A stretch of DNA of 24,000 nt, from contig NZ_CACZTX010000009.1 of assembly GCF_902784195.1 (NCBI RefSeq), positions 247,584 through 271,583 of the forward strand. The letters run 5' to 3'. Positions 1-7,829 of this stretch are shown one piece after another. The notes under the pieces were generated by a model. It did not search any database, was not told the DNA's origin, and saw only the letters and a list, made by a program, of their open reading frames with translations. Within the stretch, counting starts at the first letter, position 1, and the number at the start of each line of letters is the position of its first letter. A program made the translations under genes and the position numbers. The DNA is from an uncultured Methanobrevibacter sp. (GTDB lineage Archaea; Methanobacteriota; Methanobacteria; Methanobacteriales; Methanobacteriaceae).

Positions 1-205
1 GTGAATCACATTTTGCATAACCAGGGATTCTTGAAGAACAACCGATACCTGAAACCATAGCAACATTTTCAAAATCAATGTCAGTTCCTTCCAATCCTTT
101 AAAGAAGGTGCTCATTACAGTACCATTTCCACAGCCTGGACAAAATATGTGTGGCAATCTTTCTTCTCTAAGATATTTTTTATATGGACTTTCCTTTTCT
201 ACCAT
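1..205 (-). CDS. korB: 2-oxoacid (2-oxoglutarate):ferredoxin oxidoreductase beta (TPP-binding) subunit, N-terminal fragment; the ORF runs off the window
   Basis: My reverse-complement translation from the ATG at 205-203 gives MVEKESPYKKYLREERLPHIFCPGCGNGTVMSTFFKGLEGTDIDFENVAMVSGIGCSSRIPGYAKCDS. The CPGCG N-terminus is typical of OFOR beta subunits. A GGTGG SD lies on the minus strand at 210-214. The gene starts 8 nt after the korA stop. Confidence 0.8.
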   Translation of the reverse strand, partial: MVEKESPYKKYLREERLPHIFCPGCGNGTVMSTFFKGLEGTDIDFENVAMVSGIGCSSRIPGYAKCDS

Positions 206-213
206 TTTACCAC

Positions 214-1344
214 CTATCCATTAATCTCCTTAATCTTTTCGTAAATTTCATCAGGCTTATGAAGGATTCCTCCAATCTTGCCAATCAAATGAACATTAGC
301 TTCACCATGTGCTGCTCTTTCAACTTCATGAACAATTTGTCCTAAATTCATTTCAGGAACAATTATGTCACTTGCAGTTTTAGCGATTTCAGCAATTTCC
401 TCTTCTGGGAAAGGCCATGGAGTGTCAATTTTAAGAGATCCTACCTTAATGCCTTCTTCTCTTGCCTTTTTCATAGCAGCCCCAACAGAACGATATGGAG
501 AACCACATGATACAATAACGATGTCTGCATCATCACAATTTTCCTTTTTAACGGAACAGATATCCTTTCTATGCATTAAAACTTTATTGCATAATCTTTC
601 AACTAATTGAGTATGAGTGTCTGGATCGTTAGTGTCGGGATAACCCCTCTCATCGTGAGTGAGTCCAGTGACGTGAATATTGAATCCATCACCAAAAGCA
701 GGCATAGGAGTAGTTCCATCACAAGGAGCATCAAATGGCATGTATTGGCCATCTGCCTTTTCAGGTCTTTTACGAGCAACAATTTCAATATCATCAGGAA
801 TTATCAATTTTTCTCTCATATGCCCTACAACTTCATCAGCAAGAACAGTTACAGGAACTCTGTATTCCTCAGCTAAATTAAAAGCTTTGATTGTGAAATC
901 AAAGAATTCCTGAACGGATGAAGGTGCTAAAGCAATAGGTTCATAATCTCCATGAGAACCCCAACGAACTTGCATCATATCAGCTTGAGCAGACATGGTA
1001 GGTTGACCAGTAGATGGGGAACCTCTTTGAACATTGATAATTACAATAGGGGTTTCTGTAATGAATCCATAACCTATATTTTCCTGCATTAATGAAATAC
1101 CCGGGCCGGAAGTGGCAGTCATTGCTTTCATACCACTCCAGGAAGCTCCAATGATAGCTCCTGCAGATGCAATTTCATCCTCCATTTGAACAAAAGAACC
1201 CCCATATTTTGGAAGCAAAATAGACATTTGTTCTGCAATTTCAGTAGATGGAGTAATTGGGTAACCTGCAAAGAATCTGCAGTTTGCAGCTATTGCACCT
1301 AATGCGCAAGCCTCATTTCCTTGAACAAATCGCTCTTCCACCAT
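214..1344 (-). CDS. korA: 2-oxoacid (probably 2-oxoglutarate):ferredoxin oxidoreductase alpha subunit
   Basis: 376 aa. The N-terminus QGNEACALGAIAANCRFFAGYPITPSTEIAE is the KorA/OorA-type signature. The gene sits between a delta ferredoxin and a beta subunit. The family call is strong; the substrate specificity is inferred. Confidence 0.85.
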   Translation of the reverse strand: MVEERFVQGNEACALGAIAANCRFFAGYPITPSTEIAEQMSILLPKYGGSFVQMEDEIASAGAIIGASWSGMKAMTATSGPGISLMQENIGYGFITETPIVIINVQRGSPSTGQPTMSAQADMMQVRWGSHGDYEPIALAPSSVQEFFDFTIKAFNLAEEYRVPVTVLADEVVGHMREKLIIPDDIEIVARKRPEKADGQYMPFDAPCDGTTPMPAFGDGFNIHVTGLTHDERGYPDTNDPDTHTQLVERLCNKVLMHRKDICSVKKENCDDADIVIVSCGSPYRSVGAAMKKAREEGIKVGSLKIDTPWPFPEEEIAEIAKTASDIIVPEMNLGQIVHEVERAAHGEANVHLIGKIGGILHKPDEIYEKIKEING

Positions 1345-1551
1345 TTATTCCACCTCTTTTTCAACATAAATAGCTTGATCAGGACAGGATACTTCACATA
1401 AACCACATTTAGTGCAACCTTCCTCATGTTCTGGGAAAGGAAGGTAAACATTTTTTGTGTTTACTTTGTCAGATTTTGAATAGACATTTTTAGGACAAGT
1501 AGCTATACAAATATCGCATCCTTTACAAAGCTTAGAATCTATAATAATCAT
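1345..1551 (-). CDS. korD: OFOR delta subunit, 2x[4Fe-4S] ferredoxin
   Basis: 68 aa with two CxxCxxCxxxCP motifs (CKGCDICIATCP and CTKCGLCEVSCP). Its TAA stop directly abuts the korA ATG (1345-1347 / 1344-1342), which suggests translational coupling. Confidence 0.85.
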   Translation of the reverse strand: MIIIDSKLCKGCDICIATCPKNVYSKSDKVNTKNVYLPFPEHEEGCTKCGLCEVSCPDQAIYVEKEVE

Positions 1552-1895
1552 TAAATCATCTCACATTCTTTGTATAGTTTGAAATAAATTAATTCAAATA
1601 TTAAAATAAATACCTTATCGCTATTGTTTACCTTAAGATATTAATCATAATATTAATATATATGGCAGTGTTTATTTAAATAATTTAGTATATTTAAACT
1701 AAATAATTAAAAAAATAGGAATTATCTAAAATAATTAAAATCATTAGAATAATTAAAAAAAAATAAAAAAGTAGCTAAAAAAAGTTAAGTAGGAATATAA
1801 AATAATAAAAATCAATTATTGGATTATGAAAATAAAAATAGAAAAAATAAGAGATTGGAAAAAATAAGAGTTATAAAAAATAAGGACTAACCAAA

Positions 1896-2267
1896 TTATT
1901 CAATTATCTCCTCAACAAACATTAAAGGATAATTAAGTTCTTCTATGAATTTGATTCGGATAACAGCCAAAACATCATCGACTTTTGAATATATTTTAAC
2001 ATCCAGCATATCCCCACTTAAAGATGTGTATTCAAATTCAGTCATTGCCTTATCCAATCTATCCAAATCAATTGAAACCTCTACCTTATCAATGCAAGGC
2101 TGCAAAGTGAAAGACTCTTCCATAGCTTTTTCCAAACTAGCAATATTGGTTTTATTAAAGGGAGTTCCTACGAATTGATGGAACAAAGCCCCCATACTAA
2201 TGGCCCCTTCAAATATTGCCCTTTCCCTATTTGAAATATTAGAAAAATATTTTTCTTTAGTGTCCAT
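1896..2267 (-). CDS. mptD: Archaeal dihydroneopterin aldolase family protein (MptD-like, methanopterin biosynthesis)
   Basis: RERAIFEGAISMGALFHQFVGTP and the C-terminal FIEELNYPLMFVEEI match my memory of the MJ0408/PF04038 family. I place the start at the ATG at 2267 (MDTKEK) because GAGGT lies 5-6 nt upstream. The track's TTG at 2279 overlaps that SD. Confidence 0.6.
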   Translation of the reverse strand: MDTKEKYFSNISNRERAIFEGAISMGALFHQFVGTPFNKTNIASLEKAMEESFTLQPCIDKVEVSIDLDRLDKAMTEFEYTSLSGDMLDVKIYSKVDDVLAVIRIKFIEELNYPLMFVEEIIE

Positions 2268-2361
2268 AAAATACCTCAAAATAAATTAATTTCAAGTGAA
2301 TATTAGAATAATTTTATTTTCATATGACTCTTAAAAAATTAACTTAAAAAATTAAAAGAAT

Positions 2362-3126
2362 TTAATTAATTCCCATTAAGCTATTTAACCATCCTAACTG
2401 ATCAGCCCAAATTTGTGAAGATACTGGGAAAATGCAGAAATAAACCAGAACAATTGTAATAGCTATGACAACCGCTAAAATAATTTTTCGCTCATCAGCA
2501 GGAGTGAAATAGGATATTATAAGTCCAAATATTAAGAATCCTGCAGTAATGAACCATGCCCCATTAGCTTGAGGATTTTCTTCCAATGCTGTTTCATTGA
2601 TGAAACTTGTAGAATTCAACTGAGCAGTTACAAGAAGTCTTTCAGCAGATGAGCCAATAGGATGGCAAGTTACTAACATCAATTCCTGATTATGGATATC
2701 TCCAGTTTCATGACTTTCATTTAAATCCAAATAATTAGCGGGGGATATTATCTTAGAATCTTTAACAGTGTAATTGATTTCACCGATTCCAGGCCATTCT
2801 AAAGTGACTACATCCCCTTTCTTAAGAGCATCTAAACGTAAAAATGGAGAGCCTTGCAATGTCCTATGACCAAATAAAACAGTATCTCCTTTAGTTGGAA
2901 TGTTCGAAGTGGTGTCATACATTACCCCTTGAGATATGGAAACATTATTAATCTTTTCAAAGACTCCCAATGAAGGAATAATGATTACAGATGCATTCAC
3001 ATCATTAGATTCAGCTACATTCTTATATGAAAAGTAATTTACTTCTGTTAAGGCATATAACCCTATAATTAAGAAAGCAATGACTACAATGATTGTTGTA
3101 GGCTTTAAAAAACTCTTTATATCCAT
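2362..3126 (-). CDS. Membrane-anchored sortase-family transpeptidase with an N-terminal TM and two extra C-terminal TM helices
   Basis: The catalytic triad context is present. His sits in DTVLFGHRTLQGSPFLRLDALKKGDVV, Cys in ELMLVTCHP (TLxTC-like), and Arg in SAERLLVTAQL. TM segments are TTIIVVIAFLIIGLYAL, GAWFITAGFLIFGLIISYF and KIILAVVIAITIVLVYFCIFPV. The start is ambiguous (ATG at 3126 or TTG at 3138) and no clear SD is present. Confidence 0.75.
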   Translation of the reverse strand: MDIKSFLKPTTIIVVIAFLIIGLYALTEVNYFSYKNVAESNDVNASVIIIPSLGVFEKINNVSISQGVMYDTTSNIPTKGDTVLFGHRTLQGSPFLRLDALKKGDVVTLEWPGIGEINYTVKDSKIISPANYLDLNESHETGDIHNQELMLVTCHPIGSSAERLLVTAQLNSTSFINETALEENPQANGAWFITAGFLIFGLIISYFTPADERKIILAVVIAITIVLVYFCIFPVSSQIWADQLGWLNSLMGIN

Positions 3127-3375
3127 AAAAATCAACAACGAATTAAACTATTCTAAATTCAAAAATATTTGCAATAAATTTGCAAATAAAAACACTTAAC
3201 ATTAAATTTCATTAAATTTCTTAATATTACTTTGATATTTAATCTTAAATTTTAATCTTGATATTTTTTTATCTATTTTTCATATTTAATAAATTTATAA
3301 TATTTTTGTTTGAAAAATGGATTGAAAAGATAAAAATAAAAAATTAAAAGAAAAAATGATAAAAATCAATGAAAA

Positions 3376-5013
3376 TTATAATAAATCCAAAGAATTGTCC
3401 TGATATAAGTTTTCATAATATGTTTCATTCAATTCATTAACGACCCAGTCAGGAGCAAAATCTGTAGGAATTGTTAAAATTAAATTATCCATATTGTTGA
3501 TGATGAAATTAACATCAGAATGAGGGACCTCTAGAAGAATAATATACTCTGAATCGAGATCACCCAAATTAGACATTCTTTCGAAATTAGACAATCTAAC
3601 ACCATAATTCATCAAATAAGAATCTAAAGCATCAACAACATTGTTTGAATTCAATACTGCAGATTTAAGAAGTTCTTCAACATCACTTGAATAGGAAACA
3701 GTGTTTTCAAATGGTTTTGTTTCATTTCCTTTAATGATTGTTCTTGATTTGGAAACAGTGCTATCAACTAAACCACTATCCTTAGAACGCAGGATAGCCA
3801 AAACTGTTGCTCCACTTACAATTGGGTCTTCTTCATTCTCTTCCAAAGTGCCATTAGCAATGGTTTCATTTGATTGCACTGAACTTACATTGCTATCCAT
3901 ACTATCATAATCATCCATATGCTCTGAAGAATTATCTCTTAAGCAGTAGACATCAACAACAGAACCTACAGAAATTAATCCTGCAGTAGCCTGAAGCCTT
4001 GTAAGAGAAATTGGAACAATGACTGTGTTGACTTTATTGAATTGAACATTTGATAGGATTTTAGCATCATTATCCTTAACAAAATCATTTGCATCTTTAA
4101 CAGACATGATAATATTCTTATTTTCTCCATAAGACATCATCACTCTACCAAAATCATCCTTAGAAGATACAATCTTAGAACTATGATAAATTCTCCAATC
4201 CTTAGTGGCAAACCTTAAAACATCAATCGACTTGATTTCTTCAATATCATAAGATTGATCAATTCTATTCTTTAAAGTATAAGCATTTGAATTTAACTCT
4301 AAAGGCCCCTTATACAAGGCATTCAGCTCATTTAGCTTTGAATTTTTTTCCAAATTCAATTCGCTCTGAAATGGTTGATAAACAAAAAAGTAAAATACAG
4401 AGGATATTAACACTAAAAATATCAATAGAATAACCGCTTTAGCAAAAAATGATTTTGAAGCATCATTTTTATTCAATAGATTTTTTTTGAAATTTAAAAG
4501 ATTCTCTTTAAGATTTTTCTTATCATCTTCCTTTAAATGATTATCCACAAAAAACTCATTTTGAGAATTTTTCATCCCATTAAACTTTTCATTAGAAGTA
4601 TTTTTAAAATCACTTAGACCATTAGAATCTGGAGAATATATGTATTTGGAGTATTTTTCATCAAATTCATCCAAATCATTTTTGGCATCAGAATTATCCC
4701 TTGAATTGCCCCTTGAATTATTCCTTGAGTTAAGCCTTAAATTATCCTTTGAATTATTCCTTGAGTTATACCTTAAATTATCCTTAAGACTAAACTCATC
4801 ATTATAAAATCCAGAACTAGAATGTGAATTATTCTTTAAGGGGGAATTTTCAGGAATTATAGAATCAAAACTTAAAAAATCCGAAGACTCTGACTTTTCA
4901 TCATTCGTTTTATCATTAGATTTCTTTTTTACCCCCTTATTTTTTAATTTAATCTTAAACTTATCATTCTTAAATAAATTAAATCGATTTTTCCGATTAG
5001 TCATAGTTATCAA
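3376..5013 (-). CDS. Single-pass membrane protein with an Asn/Ser/Lys-rich repetitive cytoplasmic N-terminus and a CpaB/RcpC-like (SAF / beta-clip) ectodomain
   Basis: The TM helix is AVILLIFLVLISSVFYFFVY. The C-terminal half follows the CpaB order. First comes a SAF-like IDVLRFATKDWRIYHSSKIV. Next is NTVIVPISLTRLQATAGLISVGSVVDVY (compare RAVSIRVD..GFVLPGDRVDVLL). Then IVSGATVLAILRS, and finally YIILLEVPHSDVNFIINNMDNLILTIPTD (compare VTLEVTPEQAQKLALA..GTLSLALR). The likely start is the ATG at 5004 (AGGT upstream); the track uses the TTG at 5013. The fold assignment rests on pattern only. Confidence 0.45.
   Translation of the reverse strand: MITMTNRKNRFNLFKNDKFKIKLKNKGVKKKSNDKTNDEKSESSDFLSFDSIIPENSPLKNNSHSSSGFYNDEFSLKDNLRYNSRNNSKDNLRLNSRNNSRGNSRDNSDAKNDLDEFDEKYSKYIYSPDSNGLSDFKNTSNEKFNGMKNSQNEFFVDNHLKEDDKKNLKENLLNFKKNLLNKNDASKSFFAKAVILLIFLVLISSVFYFFVYQPFQSELNLEKNSKLNELNALYKGPLELNSNAYTLKNRIDQSYDIEEIKSIDVLRFATKDWRIYHSSKIVSSKDDFGRVMMSYGENKNIIMSVKDANDFVKDNDAKILSNVQFNKVNTVIVPISLTRLQATAGLISVGSVVDVYCLRDNSSEHMDDYDSMDSNVSSVQSNETIANGTLEENEEDPIVSGATVLAILRSKDSGLVDSTVSKSRTIIKGNETKPFENTVSYSSDVEELLKSAVLNSNNVVDALDSYLMNYGVRLSNFERMSNLGDLDSEYIILLEVPHSDVNFIINNMDNLILTIPTDFAPDWVVNELNETYYENLYQDNSLDLL
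4690..4785 (-). repeat. In-frame tandem repeat inside the CpaB-like gene: 2 x 36 bp (4750-4785 and 4714-4749, 34/36 identical) followed by degenerate 12-bp units
   Basis: The plus-strand units are tgaattattccttgagttataccttaaattatcctt and tgaattattccttgagttaagccttaaattatcctt. They encode KDNLRYNSRNNS and KDNLRLNSRNNS, followed by RGNS and RDNS. Confidence 0.85.
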
Positions 5014-5243
5014 ACCTAAAACGGAATGAGATAAAAATAGCAGAAAAAACAGGTTTTCAAAGAATTAATAGGATTAAATAAATTAAATGAATAAATTAAA
5101 TTTCCCAATTGATGGAATAATAAAAATAGTTTGATAAAAAATTTAAAAAAAAGAAATTGGAATCAAAAAACTCGAAAATAAAATATAAAAAATAAAAAGT
5201 GAAGAAAGTTTTAAGAAATAATTAAGAAAATTACTTAATAAAA

Positions 5244-6185
5244 CTATTCGTTTTCCACTTCACCAGTACTGATATTCAATAGTTTTTCCTCTTCCTCTTC
5301 TTCTTTATCTGACTTCTTAGCTTCACCAATAATTTCCCCTGAAGAAACCTTATTGATATTCTCTCTCATTGATTTGAAAGCATCTTTTGCAGAACTTAAG
5401 GAACCACTGACTTTATCAGCGGTTATTTCTCTAACTTGACCAATATTTCTATTAACATTTTCTGCAGTTAAAGCTTCTTCAGTATCAATGAAGAATTCTA
5501 AGAAGGTCATGAACATATAGACTAATGATAATACAAACAATGCTAAAGCTGGAAGATTTACAGCACCTATTGATACATTAATAGGTAAAATCAATAATAA
5601 TATCATTACTGCTCCAAATCCAATAACATAATAATTGTCAACTTTAGGGTATCTGATTGTACTGATCATCAAATAAGCTGCAAACAACATTAATATTGCA
5701 GCAACTGCAACATTAAATAAACCGCTTAGGTAATAAGTTGCTATGATAATAGCTGTACCAGGTATTGGGAATCCAACAAATCCGTGGTAATTAATTTTAT
5801 CTGAAATTACATTGTAACGAGTAAGTCTTAACATACCACAAACAAGTGTTAAAACAGCAATGATCGCCATTAAGTATCCTGCCCAGTCAGAGATTCCTAA
5901 TCCTATATAATATAAGATGACTGAAGGCGCAACACCAAAAGATACAATATCTGCTAAGGAATCAATATTCTTACCAAAACCAAATTTATCATCACGATTA
6001 AGTTTTCTTGAAACCCATCCATCTACAGAGTCAAAAACAACTGCAACAAGTATGCACACTGATGCATATGTTAAATGATTGCCAATAACCATTAAAATAG
6101 CTAAAAATCCAAATACCAAATTCAATATTGAAATGACATCAGGAATAGCTAAAAAATATCCCATTCCTACACTTTTTAATCTCAT
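5244..6185 (-). CDS. pssA: CDP-alcohol phosphatidyltransferase, archaetidylserine synthase type, with an ~80-aa acidic C-terminal tail
   Basis: The CDP-OH_P_transferase motif is present: DSVDGWVSRKLNRDDKFGFGKNIDSLADIVSFGVAP (DGx2xRx8Gx3Dx3D). The protein is polytopic. GGAGT lies 6 nt upstream of the ATG at 6185. The tail ends KKSDKEEEEEEKLL. Confidence 0.8.
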   Translation of the reverse strand: MRLKSVGMGYFLAIPDVISILNLVFGFLAILMVIGNHLTYASVCILVAVVFDSVDGWVSRKLNRDDKFGFGKNIDSLADIVSFGVAPSVILYYIGLGISDWAGYLMAIIAVLTLVCGMLRLTRYNVISDKINYHGFVGFPIPGTAIIIATYYLSGLFNVAVAAILMLFAAYLMISTIRYPKVDNYYVIGFGAVMILLLILPINVSIGAVNLPALALFVLSLVYMFMTFLEFFIDTEEALTAENVNRNIGQVREITADKVSGSLSSAKDAFKSMRENINKVSSGEIIGEAKKSDKEEEEEEKLLNISTGEVENE

Positions 6186-6591
6186 AATTTGACTCCAAAT
6201 AATATTTTAAATAAACTCCCTTATTAATTTTTTCAAAAAACGATTAATTGTTTTCTAAATCAATATAAAATAACAATACATTAGTTAAAAGTAATTTAAT
6301 TAAAAAATTTAACTATATTTGAAAAATAAACTCAAATTAGCATTTTTAATTAAAATAATATATATTTTAAATAAAGTAAATATTCTAAATAAATTAAATT
6401 TTTTTACATGAATTCAATTCTACATTTTCACTATAACTTTACTTAAAAAATAAACAATTTTTACAAACTAGCATAATTCATTAAGCAATATTACATGAAT
6501 ATTGTTTTAATTCATTACTTAAATATTTACTCAATAGTATTTAATATATTCTATTATCTTATATTTAATTTTTTTTAAAAAAATAAACTGA

Positions 6592-6611
6592 TTTATATAG
6601 GCCTATATAAA
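6592..6611. promoter_or_regulatory. Perfect 20-bp palindrome made of two back-to-back archaeal TATA-box consensus sequences
   Basis: The sequence is tttatatagg/cctatataaa. TTTATATA is the archaeal box A consensus and it occurs once on each strand around a central GGCC. The site lies in the 622-bp divergent intergenic region between pssA and ORF 6808. Confidence 0.4.
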
Positions 6612-6807
6612 AACAAAATTTTATATTATAATAATGAAATATATTAAAATAGTATAGCATTAAAATTCTTGGTTTTAATTGAAAATAGTAATACGAACAA
6701 TAATTTAAAATGAATATGCAAACAATAAACAGATAATTGATTCGAAAAAATCAAAGGATTTAAGAAAAAGGATTCGAAAATTAATTTAAACTCTATTAAG
6801 TGATTAT

Positions 6808-7563
6808 ATGATTGAAGACAGGATACAAATTCTCAGAAGAGCTGCAAAAGTTTCATCTAGAGAGAATAATGAACACGTATGGTGTGTCATCGCAGGTAAT
6901 GAAAAGCTAGTTGATGATATAGCATACAATGCAATTACCGCTAAGGATAGAGTTCAAATTCTATTTAGAGAATCCATTAAGATTTTAGATAAATACACTT
7001 CAAAAAGATTTGATTGCTTAATGCTAAAAGGAGAGACACTGAAAATCAGCGAACTTAGAAACAGGTGCAATGAGAAAGGAGGGGCATCTGTAGAGATAAC
7101 TAATGTGCATATTAATGAAGTGCCTAATCTATTGGTGATTGTTGGTCCCGAAGAATCAATGAAATCATTCAATGGAGAAACAAATAGGCAAAATACAAAA
7201 ATAAACATTTTAGCTGAAGATCATACAAGCAGTTTTATTAAGGCTGAGCTTAATACAAGATTTAAATTGCCATCCTTTTTAAGAAGTACAGTGACCCCAA
7301 TACTTGATATGAGCGATGTTGTTTTATCCGCAATCCTAGTTTCTGTAGTAGATGAAAATGATATTGAGCATGTTAAAGAAATTAGCCAAAACAATAGCTT
7401 ATTTGGAATTGACTTAAAGAAAACAATCCAAGATAAAGAAAAGCAAAGAATCATTGAGAATGTGGAAGAAGATAAAATAGAAAATCAGGAAGAAGAGAAA
7501 CAAGAAGAAAACACCAATCTAGACAACACCTTAGAATCACAAGAAGAAAATCAACTACAATAA
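6808..7563 (+). CDS. Hypothetical protein (251 aa) with an acidic low-complexity C-terminus; no family recognised
   Basis: It is a long ORF in an AT-rich background, on the same strand as mreB and 266 bp upstream of it. The C-terminus reads ENVEEDKIENQEEEKQEEN. I recognise no motifs. Confidence 0.5.
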   Translation: MIEDRIQILRRAAKVSSRENNEHVWCVIAGNEKLVDDIAYNAITAKDRVQILFRESIKILDKYTSKRFDCLMLKGETLKISELRNRCNEKGGASVEITNVHINEVPNLLVIVGPEESMKSFNGETNRQNTKINILAEDHTSSFIKAELNTRFKLPSFLRSTVTPILDMSDVVLSAILVSVVDENDIEHVKEISQNNSLFGIDLKKTIQDKEKQRIIENVEEDKIENQEEEKQEENTNLDNTLESQEENQLQ

Positions 7564-7829
7564 TTAATTAAACTTTTTACACACCCAACAAAAAAATCAT
7601 ATTTTTGACTATTTTTACATAATTCTTAAAATCTTTTCATAATTTTATACAAAAACTTATTATTAATAAAAATTATAAATAATTATTGTTAAAACATTAA
7701 TTAATTTTATGAATATTTTAGTTGAATATTTCAATTCAAAAACATGAATTAATTAATAATTAAAAAAATAAAATCGATTAAATAATCTATTAAATGATTT
7801 AATTTAATTTTATCAATGGAGGAATAACT

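Noticed and set aside
365-913. Plus-strand ORFs (77-89 aa) and a 63-aa minus-strand ORF in an alternative frame (603-794), all nested inside korA
   Set aside because: They lie entirely within a strongly supported conserved CDS. Their translations are low-complexity with no motifs.
1552-1895. A 344-bp AT-rich spacer with repeated aataattaaaa and aaaaaataaga(g) strings, considered as an ncRNA or repeat element
   Set aside because: It shows no stable helices or GC-rich core of the kind expected for a structured RNA in an AT-rich genome. The repeats are short homopolymer-like slippage products. It most likely holds the promoter regions for korD and the terminator for mptD.
6495-6578. A 27-codon ORF (MNIVLIHYLNIYSIVFNIFYYLIFNFF) in the long pssA/ORF6808 spacer, considered as a small hydrophobic peptide or toxin
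   Set aside because: It has no SD. Its composition is what AT-rich DNA yields by chance (Ile/Asn/Phe/Tyr/Leu codons). I could assess no conservation evidence.
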